Source: a bacterium
GTDB taxonomy: Bacteria > Zhuqueibacterota > Zhuqueibacteria > Oceanimicrobiales > Oceanimicrobiaceae
NCBI GenBank assembly: GCA_046757165.1
Contig: JBHHXT010000024.1
Location: 1 to 41,720 of the forward strand
DNA: 41,720 nt
Reading direction: 5' to 3'
The stretch's first letter is position 1. Each line of letters opens with the position of its first letter. Under the pieces are notes generated by a model, which had not been told where the DNA came from, ran no database searches, and saw only the letters and a program-made list of their open reading frames with translations. Both the position numbers and the translations under genes were made by a program. Below are positions 20,286-28,690 of this stretch, piece after piece.

Positions 20286-20358
20286 TCCACACGGATCAGA
20301 ACCCACACGGATTTGTTGATCAAGAACTTTTTCCGTGTGGTTTTTTGATCCGTGTGGA
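20286..20358. repeat. Inverted repeat with four CCACACGGA units (REP-like)
   Basis: TCCACACGGATCAGAACCCACACGGA (20286-20311) and TCCGTGTGGTTTTTTGATCCGTGTGGA (20332-20358) are near-perfect reverse complements. Confidence 0.75.
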
Positions 20359-20498
20359 CCCATTCGCGGGCCCAATACTATCGACAACAAATTGTCGCTA
20401 TTTTTTCTCAGGCGCCTAGGGATATCCGAGGATTTAGATGTGAGAAAACGAGTAAATTCCGGCAGAAGTTGCCAGATTTTCTGCAACTAGACCTGCAG

Positions 20499-21788
20499 TC
20501 ATGTCGCCACTGACAGGATCTGATTCACACACAGATATGCAAACAGCAGCAGAGACAGGATCAGTAGAAGATTCATCGCCCAGTGGTTTCGGAGGGCCTC
20601 GCCAACCCACTGCCGGCGTGAATTCATGTACAACAAGGTTGCCGCAAGAAACGGCATGAACAGCGCGCCGATGATGGAGTAGATAACAATCAGAGCCACG
20701 GGTCGACCTATGAGGAGGAGCATGAGCGGCGGCCCTGCCAGCCAGAACAAATAAGCACGGTACCAGGGCGATTTCGTGCAGATGAGTTTCCCGTGCTTCT
20801 CCGGTGGCAGCCGTTTTACTAGCCCGACGAAATCGCAGAACATATAGGGCACGCCTTGCCACACGCCGAGCATCGAGGTGGTCACTGCCCCCCAGAAGCC
20901 AATCAGAAACGCCCAATGTCCGGCCGGTCCCAACACGTCTTCCAAAATCGCGGCCATCTGAATGACGCCCTGACTGCCCGAGATTGACATATTGCCTGGC
21001 TTTAGTATTTCAGCCGCCAGCACCATGATGGCGACCCCGAACAATCCGGTGAGAAAATAGGAGACGCCGAGATCGACTCGGACCAGGGCTTTGTATCTGG
21101 ACCCGTGCCACTCCCGCTCACGAATCCAATAGCCGTAAGCCAGCATGGTCAAGCTGCCACCCACGCCACCGATGACGCCGAGAATGAATTTGGGACTCCC
21201 GGCTGGCACCGCCGCCTGCGATACAGTCTGGCTCAGGGTTACGGTGGCCGGTTCAATCCACAAAGCACAGCCTACAATCGTGACGAACATAAACCCGATA
21301 AAGGCTTTCATCAACTGCTCGAACTGTGCATAGCTGCCAAACAGGACGATCATAGCAGCAGCAAGGGAGTGAATCGTGCCCCAGGCTTTTACAGAAAGCT
21401 TGGGCACCATGGCTTGCGCGGCCAGACCGCAGGCCGAAATCAGCGCCGCGCCCACGATGAATGACCATAGCACCAGGTAGACAAGAAAAAAAATCTGCAC
21501 CCAGCGACCAAGATGGCGCACCCAGCCCTCCAACAGTGTCGTGCCGGTCGCAAGCTGCCAGCGTGCCAGACCTTCGTTCAAGACAAACTTCAAAATCGCC
21601 CCGACGACCGCGGCCCAGATGACGGCATAGCCGTAACGTGCGCCTGAGACAGCCGCGGCCACCATGTCGCCGGCGCCAATACCGGTGGCCGCGATCGCAA
21701 TGCCCGGGCCGATCGCTGTTAGGTAGGGTCTTAGCTTCGAGATGTGGGGGGTGTTTTGCAAGGGCTTTAAGTTTCGGTGTGTATCCAA
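20499..21788 (-). CDS. Nramp-family (MntH-related) divalent metal transporter
   Basis: IGPGIAIAATGIGAGD, GARYGY..IWA, K..LNEG.AR..LATG.TL; about 11 TM segments. Lacks the canonical DPGN motif. Start uncertain. Confidence 0.8.
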   Translation of the reverse strand: MDTHRNLKPLQNTPHISKLRPYLTAIGPGIAIAATGIGAGDMVAAAVSGARYGYAVIWAAVVGAILKFVLNEGLARWQLATGTTLLEGWVRHLGRWVQIFFLVYLVLWSFIVGAALISACGLAAQAMVPKLSVKAWGTIHSLAAAMIVLFGSYAQFEQLMKAFIGFMFVTIVGCALWIEPATVTLSQTVSQAAVPAGSPKFILGVIGGVGGSLTMLAYGYWIREREWHGSRYKALVRVDLGVSYFLTGLFGVAIMVLAAEILKPGNMSISGSQGVIQMAAILEDVLGPAGHWAFLIGFWGAVTTSMLGVWQGVPYMFCDFVGLVKRLPPEKHGKLICTKSPWYRAYLFWLAGPPLMLLLIGRPVALIVIYSIIGALFMPFLAATLLYMNSRRQWVGEALRNHWAMNLLLILSLLLFAYLCVNQILSVAT

Positions 21789-21821
21789 AACCTTGCGAAG
21801 GTTCGAAACCTTCGCAAGGTT
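21789..21821. repeat. Perfect nested palindrome (REP doublet-like)
   Basis: AACCTTGCGAAGGTT-CGA-AACCTTCGCAAGGTT: perfect 15-bp arms, each itself a 6-bp hairpin. Confidence 0.8.
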
Positions 21822-21869
21822 GCTCGGTTACTTCAGAAAAGCTCTCTTGGTGGTTGGCTCAGCCTTTGC

Positions 21870-22409
21870 CTACGTTTTTATGCTCATGTCATCTTTGTTG
21901 TTTCCAGCATCGTCTTCCTGCATCTTTTTTCTTGCGGAGAGGTTCAACAGGATGATCAACCCCATGCCGACCATAATCACCACATCCGCCCAGTTGAAGA
22001 TACCGGTTCGCAAGCCGCCGATGCCCATGTTCATAAAATCGATAACTTTGCCGTCGTTAATGATGCGATCAAAGAGATTACTGGTTCCCCCACCGAGGAT
22101 GAGTGAAAGGGCAAAAATATGATTCTTGTCCAACTCGCGAGCATAGAAGATATAGACAAACAAGGCCACCAGCAGTCCGCCGCTGATGATGGTGAACAGC
22201 CAGGTTCGAAGGTCTTTCGGTAAGCCCGAGCCCAGACTCAAAAAAGCGCCTGAATTCTCGGCATACTGCAAGCGAAACGTTTCCCAGAGGTAGGTCCTGG
22301 GGGGCGACTGCGCCAGTGCTTGCTTCGCAACGCGTTTGCTGATCTGGTCACACCCTAAACAGGAAATGAGGACCAGGAGCATGAGATAGAATTTCTGATT
22401 CCTTTGCAT
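21870..22409 (-). CDS. lspA: Lipoprotein signal peptidase (signal peptidase II)
   Basis: DQISK, ENSGAFLSLG, NLFDR...G.VIDF, IFNWAD. ATG 22409 has AAAGGA upstream. Confidence 0.92.
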   Translation of the reverse strand: MQRNQKFYLMLLVLISCLGCDQISKRVAKQALAQSPPRTYLWETFRLQYAENSGAFLSLGSGLPKDLRTWLFTIISGGLLVALFVYIFYARELDKNHIFALSLILGGGTSNLFDRIINDGKVIDFMNMGIGGLRTGIFNWADVVIMVGMGLIILLNLSARKKMQEDDAGNNKDDMSIKT

Positions 22410-22460
22410 GGATTCCTTTCTGTTTGCAAAACTGCGGTTCAAGAAACGTAGGGTATCGTT

Positions 22461-23570
22461 TCACTCGGAATTTTGCGCCAGCTCATACAACTCACGTTCA
22501 TCTATTTTCATCGTTCGTCCGTCGCCCCCCCGCATGCAGGCCACGATTTCCGCCACAATGCTGACGGCAATCTCCTCCGGCGTAATTGCGCCGATGTTCA
22601 ATCCAACGGGTGCGTGGACTTCTTTGATGCGTTCGAGGGGGACGTCATCGTCCAGCAGGTCACGTAAGATCATCAGGTTTTTGCGTTTGCTGCCCAGCAG
22701 ACCGATGTAGCGCGCGGGGGTGGCCACAGCGGCTTTGGTGGCCAGGTCATCAAACTTGTGGCCCCGCGTCGCCACCACGATGAAGGAGTGATACTGAAGA
22801 GCCACGGTGTCAAACGCCTGGTCGAACTGTGCCACCACTGTCCGCTCCGCTTGCGGAAACCGCGTGCGGCTGGCAAACTCGGGCCGGTCATCGATCACAA
22901 TGATGCGAAAATCCAGCGTCCGCGCCAGGTTGTAAACGGCCTTGCCGATATGGCCGCCTCCGATGATAACCAGGGTCGGAGGTGCGGCGAAGCCTTCGAC
23001 ATAGACTTCTGTTCCCTCTGGCCCTCGTACAACCTCAGTGCCACCGGATGGCGCGAGGCGTTGCCCGACCTTCCGCACCTGCTCGTCGAGCGTTGCGTTC
23101 CCCAGAGAGCCAGTCAACTGACCATTTTCACGGATCAAGCACTTTGTCCCGGGCGCACTGCGATTCTGGCTACAGACAACCGTTGCGACCGCTACCGGCG
23201 GCCCCCCCTCGAATGCTGCCGTTATGGCCTCCACAAACGGCAGCGCTTGACGCGGTTGCCACTGTGGTTCGAGATAAAAAAACATGGTCCCCCCGCACAC
23301 CAGACCATCCTTTTCGACCACATCCGCGTCCAGAGTATATTCGCGGAACTGCGGCCCGCTCTTGTCTTGCAGCATCTCTTTGGCGTAATACCAGATGTCG
23401 CCTTCTACACACCCGCCACCCAACGTCCCGACACGGCTACCGTCCTGACGAATCAATTGCTTGGCACCGGCTTTCTGCGGGGTCATGCCCCGGGTGCGCA
23501 CTACGGTTGCCAGCACATGGGGCTCGTTTTGGCGCAAAAGCCGAAGCGACTCTTCGACGACTGCTTTCAT
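22461..23570 (-). CDS. xdhC: XdhC/CoxI-family molybdoenzyme maturation factor
   Basis: LATVVRTRGMTPQKAGAK, GTLGGGCVE, GLVCGG, second CoxI repeat, IIGGGHIG, DDRPEFA, TRGHKFD, YIGLLGSKRK, APVGLNIGAITPEEIAVSIVAE. Start set at ATG 23570; the track extension overlaps the upstream gene. Confidence 0.9.
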   Translation of the reverse strand: MKAVVEESLRLLRQNEPHVLATVVRTRGMTPQKAGAKQLIRQDGSRVGTLGGGCVEGDIWYYAKEMLQDKSGPQFREYTLDADVVEKDGLVCGGTMFFYLEPQWQPRQALPFVEAITAAFEGGPPVAVATVVCSQNRSAPGTKCLIRENGQLTGSLGNATLDEQVRKVGQRLAPSGGTEVVRGPEGTEVYVEGFAAPPTLVIIGGGHIGKAVYNLARTLDFRIIVIDDRPEFASRTRFPQAERTVVAQFDQAFDTVALQYHSFIVVATRGHKFDDLATKAAVATPARYIGLLGSKRKNLMILRDLLDDDVPLERIKEVHAPVGLNIGAITPEEIAVSIVAEIVACMRGGDGRTMKIDERELYELAQNSE

Positions 23571-23603
23571 AGCTCGAACTGTTAGCCTCAAATCTGATGC
23601 AGG

Positions 23604-23632
23604 AATATAGCAAGGCCATTGCCAAAATGCAA
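23604..23632 (-). promoter_or_regulatory. Putative sigma70 promoter for xdhC-lspA-Nramp
   Basis: Minus strand TTGCAT-N17-TATATT with a TG extended -10. Confidence 0.5.
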
Positions 23633-23787
23633 ATGAAAAGGGGCGCACAATGTAGGCGGAAGGAGGGTTGAAAATCAAAAAATTGACTATCTCCAGTTCA
23701 AATTCACAAAAAGTGTGAGGCCGAGAACAAGTGACCCAATTTCGAGCGACGAAATAATGAAGGGACCAGGTGACCCTGTTGCGATAG

Positions 23788-24663
23788 CTAGGCCAGAGTC
23801 GAAACGGTATGTGTCGAGTTGCCAACTTGCCGGATTTCGCGTTCCGTCTGCCCCAGTGCCGCAATGCCGGCCACAACCTTTCTGGATATGAGCAGGAATG
23901 TCTTGCGGCCCATTTCCATCCTGCGCTCGGTCGAGAAATCCAGTGGTTCACCCATTACCATGTGCACGAGATGGTGCCTGCCAGTGTTGTTATGACGGTA
24001 GAGTTTGAGGAAGTTTTTCGGGAGACCCTGCAAGAAGACAGGGATGACATTGGGATTGGCGCGGTAGATGAGTTCACCGCAGCCCGGTTTTGCGGGCAGG
24101 AGAGAATACGGGTCCGGGCCTTTGTTGCGTGTCCCCTCCGGGTGGAATCCTATCATGCTTTGTGGATCCTCGAGCAATCCCACCATGATCTCCGTCGCAG
24201 TCTTGTTCCATTGACGCCGACTTTTGTCTCGCACAATCGGCGGATACATGGCGCCCTGGGCCACGGTGAGGTTCACCAGCAAGCCAGTTGGATTGTCGTA
24301 GAAAAAATTCGAGCGCACCGGGAAATAGACGTTGTGGTGGGCTCCATACAGGCGGAAGAGCCGGGCAGCGATCACAAATTGGTCGTACAAGGTTCGGTGG
24401 TTGACGGCCAGCAGGATGCTTCGGCCCGGCTCGGCTTTTTCGAAATTCTCGAAACCATGCGCCTGGACACTGTTTGAGGTGAGCAACTCTATCCAGCGCC
24501 AGCTTACCCTGGCGTTGAACCCGGTAAGCAGTTTGCGCACTTCAGGCGACCGGTTCAAGCGGTCTATTACTCTGAAACTAAAGCGCTCGACCGGAGTCAG
24601 CACCTGAAGATGTTCTCGGTTCGGTTGAATGGCAACGCTTTTGTTAGATGGTAATTCATCCAT
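23788..24663 (-). CDS. Lysophospholipid acyltransferase (PlsC-like)
   Basis: NHRTLYD (HxxxxD), FHPEGTRN, KPGCG, VIPVF. Confidence 0.88.
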   Translation of the reverse strand: MDELPSNKSVAIQPNREHLQVLTPVERFSFRVIDRLNRSPEVRKLLTGFNARVSWRWIELLTSNSVQAHGFENFEKAEPGRSILLAVNHRTLYDQFVIAARLFRLYGAHHNVYFPVRSNFFYDNPTGLLVNLTVAQGAMYPPIVRDKSRRQWNKTATEIMVGLLEDPQSMIGFHPEGTRNKGPDPYSLLPAKPGCGELIYRANPNVIPVFLQGLPKNFLKLYRHNNTGRHHLVHMVMGEPLDFSTERRMEMGRKTFLLISRKVVAGIAALGQTEREIRQVGNSTHTVSTLA

Positions 24664-24857
24664 TGTTTAACATGTTGCTTGAGCACATATTTTCCTGTCT
24701 TTGGTGGTTGCATCGTCTCGTTCACGTCCGTGAATTGTAGACATCGACGTTGATTCACAAAGACAACTTCATTGGCGTAATCACTTGCAGTAGAGAAGAT
24801 AAGTAAATAGAATGACGTTTGCCACCAAATTTTGACCAGGTTTTGGAGGTATTTCTC

Positions 24858-24886
24858 TTGACTTTGCACAACATGATAAGTAGGTT
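24858..24886 (+). promoter_or_regulatory. Possible sigma70 promoter for thiO
   Basis: TTGACT-N17-TAGGTT. Confidence 0.35.
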
Positions 24887-25011
24887 GCACGCGAGAAGTG
24901 GAAGAATGTCATTCCGGCCTTATGCCGCAATCATGCGGGCCTGAGTTCATCCTTCAGTACCATCTTGAATACTGTGAATAATGACAACTGCATCCTGAAT
25001 CGACCGGGGCC

Positions 25012-26136
25012 ATGAAATCATCGAGTGACATCATCATTATCGGCGGTGGCATCATCGGCTGCGCCATCGCCAACCGCCTGGCTGCGGAAGGTTTGAATAT
25101 CACCATCATCGAAAAAGGCGAACCAGGGCGGGAAGCCTCCTGGGCGGCTGCCGGGATGCTGGCGCCGCACGCGGAAGCCGCCCATAGTGTACCAAGCGTC
25201 TCGAGCAATTTGATGCAGGCGAGCCATGCTCTTTACCCTGATTTTGTGGCGGAACTGGAGGAGGAAACTGGTATTCAAATCGGCTATCAAGTCGGGGGCA
25301 GTCTTGTGGTTGCGACTGACTATCGGGAAGCCACGATGCTGGCGGGGCTCCTCGAGCGGCAATTGGCAGTTGACAGGCCGGCAGAGGAGTTCACCGCACA
25401 GCAGGTACACGATATGCAACCCGGGCTGGCAGAAAGCGTGCAGTCGGCGCTTTTTTTTCAGCACGACCATTATGTCAATAACCGCCGACTGATGAAGGCG
25501 CTGGTGGCCAGCGCGCGCAAACACGGCGTTCAGTTTAGAACCATGACGCCCGTGATTGGACTCGAGTGTGAGCAGTCGCGCATCTCAGGCGTTCTGACCC
25601 CGGATGGCCTTCAGGAGGCGGACGTGGTCGTGAACGCGGCAGGCGCCTGGGCTGGCACGCTTGACCCCTCGAGCAATATCAGGCTGTCCGTACGGCCTAT
25701 CCGAGGTCAGATTGTGCAGGTGCAAGTTCAGCCGCAGATGCTGAACCAACTCATCCATTCGAGTGGTTGCTATATTGTACCGTGGCCGGATGGACGCACT
25801 CTCATTGGCAGTACACTTGAAAATGTCGGATTCGACAATAGCGTCACGGCCGCCGGAGTGCAAGCGCTTTTGAGCGCCGCTATCAAGATTGTTCCGGCGC
25901 TTAAGGAAGCGGTCGTCAAAGATATGTGGGCTGGCCTGCGGCCGGATACGAGTGACAACTTACCCATTCTGGGTTGTACCGGAATTCAAAATTATATTAT
26001 CGCGACCGGCCACTTTCGAAATGGAGTTCTTCTGGCTCCCATCACTGCAAGACTCATCTCCGAGCTCGTATTGAGCGGTCAGCCTTCCATTCCTCTGGCG
26101 CCATTTAGCGCCGCCCGATTTTCCGCAGATCCATGA
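25012..26136 (+). CDS. thiO: Glycine oxidase ThiO (FAD-dependent DAO family)
   Basis: IIGGGIIG, ASWAAAGMLAP, AAGAW, PIRGQ, YIVP, WAGLRP, GHFRNGVLLAP. Confidence 0.88.
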   Translation: MKSSSDIIIIGGGIIGCAIANRLAAEGLNITIIEKGEPGREASWAAAGMLAPHAEAAHSVPSVSSNLMQASHALYPDFVAELEEETGIQIGYQVGGSLVVATDYREATMLAGLLERQLAVDRPAEEFTAQQVHDMQPGLAESVQSALFFQHDHYVNNRRLMKALVASARKHGVQFRTMTPVIGLECEQSRISGVLTPDGLQEADVVVNAAGAWAGTLDPSSNIRLSVRPIRGQIVQVQVQPQMLNQLIHSSGCYIVPWPDGRTLIGSTLENVGFDNSVTAAGVQALLSAAIKIVPALKEAVVKDMWAGLRPDTSDNLPILGCTGIQNYIIATGHFRNGVLLAPITARLISELVLSGQPSIPLAPFSAARFSADP

Positions 26137-26242
26137 GCGATTTCGTTTTATGGTCTGATCTTCAGCCGTCTGGTCTGTACACCGAATTGTCATGACAGAA
26201 ACTGCCGGGCTCCCTCTACTGACCAGAAATTTTTGGAAAAAC

Positions 26243-26269
26243 TAAAGTTTGAGGGCAAGAAGTCGATGA
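26243..26269 (+). promoter_or_regulatory. Putative sigma28 (FliA/SigD) promoter
   Basis: TAAAGTTT-N11-GTCGATGA versus consensus TAAAGTTT-N11-GCCGATAA: -35 exact, spacing exact, 6/8 in -10; about 50 nt upstream of ORF 26322. Confidence 0.65.
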
Positions 26270-26321
26270 TATTACCGAAAATAAACTATTCACAAAACTT
26301 CAAACAAAGGGTGGTTTTTCC

Positions 26322-26720
26322 ATGCAAGTATCAGGTGCCGATTCTCAAGCTCCTTTTGTGCCCACGCAGTTCTTTGCGGAAGCCCTCAAAGATGAAAACA
26401 CAAGTCGGGCACAGCATGCTCAAAGCGAGAATCACAGCCGGGAAGTTGATTCACATCATGCCGAAGGTCAGGAGGACATTGTGAATATTCAAGGCAACCC
26501 AGATGCGGTCCACGGCACCGCCGGGACAAATCATCTAGAACAGGACCAGACGGGAGAGGCGAAAAGTCAGTCTTCCCGGGAATCTTCTGGCCAGGGAGAG
26601 AAAAACCAACAAAGTGCAGAAGAAACCCGTCAGGCAGAACAAAAGGCGCGTTTTTTTGACCGCTCCGGCCAACTTGCTGAACCACAAGCAAGTTCTTCCG
26701 TTGTCGACGTATTTGGGTAG
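26322..26720 (+). CDS. Hypothetical low-complexity protein (132 aa) ending ...FFDRSG...SSVVDVFG
   Basis: ORF fills the gap after the sigma28-like promoter; Gln/Glu/Ser-rich; C-terminal motif shared with the next gene. Confidence 0.7.
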   Translation: MQVSGADSQAPFVPTQFFAEALKDENTSRAQHAQSENHSREVDSHHAEGQEDIVNIQGNPDAVHGTAGTNHLEQDQTGEAKSQSSRESSGQGEKNQQSAEETRQAEQKARFFDRSGQLAEPQASSSVVDVFG

Positions 26721-26754
26721 AAGCCATTTCATTTGACCAGCGGCAAGAGTCAGC

Positions 26755-27267
26755 GTGATGGAAGTTTCGACTTCTCTATCTCCTGGTGTCCAAGCGCACT
26801 ACGCAAGTGTCAGCGCTAAGCAGACGTTCTCAATCGGGGCTCAGGAGCTGAGTCCGGAGGAAGAGAAGATTCTTAAGGAACTTCGCCAGCTTGACATGGA
26901 GGTTCGCCGGCACGAGCAGGCGCACAAAGCAACCGCGGGGCCCTACGCAACAGGCGGCCCGGTGTACAAATACGTCACCGGGCCAGATGGTAAGCAATAC
27001 GCCGTCGGGGGTGAAATCAAAATCGACACCTCGGAGGTGCCTGACAACCCGCAAGCAACGATCCGTAAGGCGCAAGCCGTCAGACGGGCAGCGTTGGCAC
27101 CCAGAGATCCCTCTTCGGAAGACCGGCGCGTTGCGGCCAAAGCCCGCCAGATGGAAGTCGAGGCGCGTCGAGAATTGGCGAAACAGAAGCGGGAGAAACT
27201 TTCGCACTCGCTCGAGGATGGGGAGCAAGATGGAGGTCCACCCTCCGCAGTAGATGTTTTTGCCTAA
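26755..27267 (+). CDS. SprA-related family protein, putative zinc metalloprotease (HExxH)
   Basis: D-x-EVRRHEQAH...GG..Y.Y..GPDGKQYAVGGE..ID....P.ATIRKA..VRRAALAP.DPS..D..VA is the SprA-related family pattern; ends SAVDVFA. Confidence 0.85.
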   Translation: MMEVSTSLSPGVQAHYASVSAKQTFSIGAQELSPEEEKILKELRQLDMEVRRHEQAHKATAGPYATGGPVYKYVTGPDGKQYAVGGEIKIDTSEVPDNPQATIRKAQAVRRAALAPRDPSSEDRRVAAKARQMEVEARRELAKQKREKLSHSLEDGEQDGGPPSAVDVFA

Positions 27268-27363
27268 CCCGGTCAGCGTGGCGCGGGCCGAGAACGGTCG
27301 ACGTGTTCATGCTCCAAGGATTCATACAGATTCATCTATGGTCCTGAATGATTTGGTAACAGA
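27167..27363 (+). repeat. Left copy of long imperfect direct repeat (197 bp)
   Basis: Aligns by eye with 28691-28935. Contains the intact 3' end of the SprA-like gene plus a copy of the kinase 3' end lacking 61 nt. Confidence 0.92.
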
Positions 27364-27374
27364 CAAAAAAACGC

Positions 27375-27428
27375 TTGACTGTTAGACTATTTTGGAGTAT
27401 ACTGCAGTTTAGTTAAACTATTCTGGAG
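27375..27428 (+). promoter_or_regulatory. Sigma70 promoter with operator-like direct repeats for the ATPase gene
   Basis: TTGACT(27375)-N17-TATACT(27398); GTTAGACTATTTTGGAG (27381-27397) and GTTAAACTATTCTGGAG (27412-27428) match at 15/17 and start 31 bp apart. Confidence 0.75.
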
Positions 27429-27439
27429 CATTCTCCGTA

Positions 27440-28600
27440 ATGGACTGGATTCAAAGGAAGCTCGATCTCAATCTGCCTGTGGGACAGTCAGCCTTTTTGT
27501 GGGGGCCGCGAAAGACCGGCAAATCGACCTACCTCAAAATGAGATTTCCAGACAGCTTAGTCTTTGATTTTCTCAAGACAGATTTGTTCATGGAATTCGC
27601 CAAAAGACCGTTTCTTTTGCGTGAACAGCTCGAGGCCAAAGACAAGGGCATTCTTAAGCGTCCGATTATTCTGGATGAAGTACAAAAAGTGCCGCAAATA
27701 CTCGACGAAGTTCACTGGCTCATCGAAAACCAGGGGGTAAGCTTCATCCTGTGCGGCTCCAGCGCCCGCAAACTCAGGCGAGGTCAGGTTAACTTGTTAG
27801 GAGGCCGCGCCTGGCGCTATGAAATGTTTCCTCTGGTTACGCCTGAAATCGGCGAGTTCGAGTTACTGCGAGCTTTGAACCACGGCCTGATTCCTGTTCA
27901 TTATTTGCAGGAGAATTTTAGAAAATCATTGCTGGGCTATGTCACCGATTATCTCAGAGAAGAAATCTTCAATGAAGGGCTGACCCGCAACATCCCGGCA
28001 TTCTCGCGATTTTTTGAGGCCATGGGATATTCGCACGGGCAAATGACCAATTATGCCAACATTGCCCGGGAATGCGGCGTCGATGCCAAGACCGTAAAGG
28101 AATACTACCAGATATTGGTAGATACTTTATTGGGGCGGATGGTGCTGCCGTTTAAGAGGAGGCAGAGCCGGCAAGTGATCGGCAAGGCGCCCAAATTCTA
28201 TCTTTTCGATGTGGGCGTGGCCGGGGCACTGGTGAATCGCCGCCTGACCGAAGACAAAGGTGATGAATTCGGCCGGGCCTTCGAGCACTTTGTTTTCATG
28301 GAACTGACGGCTCACAGCTCGCTTTCCGAACTCAGTTACGACATTCAGTTCTGGCGCACCAGGTCGGGCCTGGAAGTAGATTTCATTCTGGGTAAAGGAG
28401 AGGTGGCGGTGGAAGTGAAGGGAACCGGCCGCGTTGACAACCGCGACTTGCGACCACTGCTGGCGTTCATCGAAGAGCATGCGCCCAAAAAGGCGCTTGT
28501 GGTTTGCAATGAAAAAACGGAAAGAGTGCACGCCGGCATTCGAATTTTGCCCTGGACGATTTTCTTGGAAAAACTGTGGGCCGGGGAGATCATTCGTTAA
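27440..28600 (+). CDS. AAA_14/DUF4143-type ATPase with HTH and PD-(D/E)xK-like C-terminus (COG1373-like)
   Basis: Walker A GPRKTGKST, Walker B IILDEVQK, LCGSS, LGGRA, HTH-like NYANIARECGVDAKTVKEY, PKFYLFDVG, G..FE, EVDF...AVEVK. Confidence 0.9.
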   Translation: MDWIQRKLDLNLPVGQSAFLWGPRKTGKSTYLKMRFPDSLVFDFLKTDLFMEFAKRPFLLREQLEAKDKGILKRPIILDEVQKVPQILDEVHWLIENQGVSFILCGSSARKLRRGQVNLLGGRAWRYEMFPLVTPEIGEFELLRALNHGLIPVHYLQENFRKSLLGYVTDYLREEIFNEGLTRNIPAFSRFFEAMGYSHGQMTNYANIARECGVDAKTVKEYYQILVDTLLGRMVLPFKRRQSRQVIGKAPKFYLFDVGVAGALVNRRLTEDKGDEFGRAFEHFVFMELTAHSSLSELSYDIQFWRTRSGLEVDFILGKGEVAVEVKGTGRVDNRDLRPLLAFIEEHAPKKALVVCNEKTERVHAGIRILPWTIFLEKLWAGEIIR

Positions 28601-28690
28601 TGCCGGCGGCTTGTTGAAGATAATTGGCATGCCAGACGATCTGACTCTCTGGGTCGTGGCTTCAGTGATGGAAGAAGAGTGCGACGGCCT

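Noticed and set aside
20115..20486. Short ORFs in the Nramp-ATPase gap (123 aa minus, 72 aa plus)
   Set aside because: They run through the inverted repeat and show no RBS or family motifs.
23571..23951. N-terminal extension of XdhC in the ORF track
   Set aside because: Overlaps the acyltransferase gene and a promoter candidate; family similarity starts at MKAVVEE (23570).
24887..25011. TPP riboswitch upstream of thiO
   Set aside because: No CTGAGA...CCTGA...GCGTAGGGA core visible; the region is better explained by a degenerate REP-like element.
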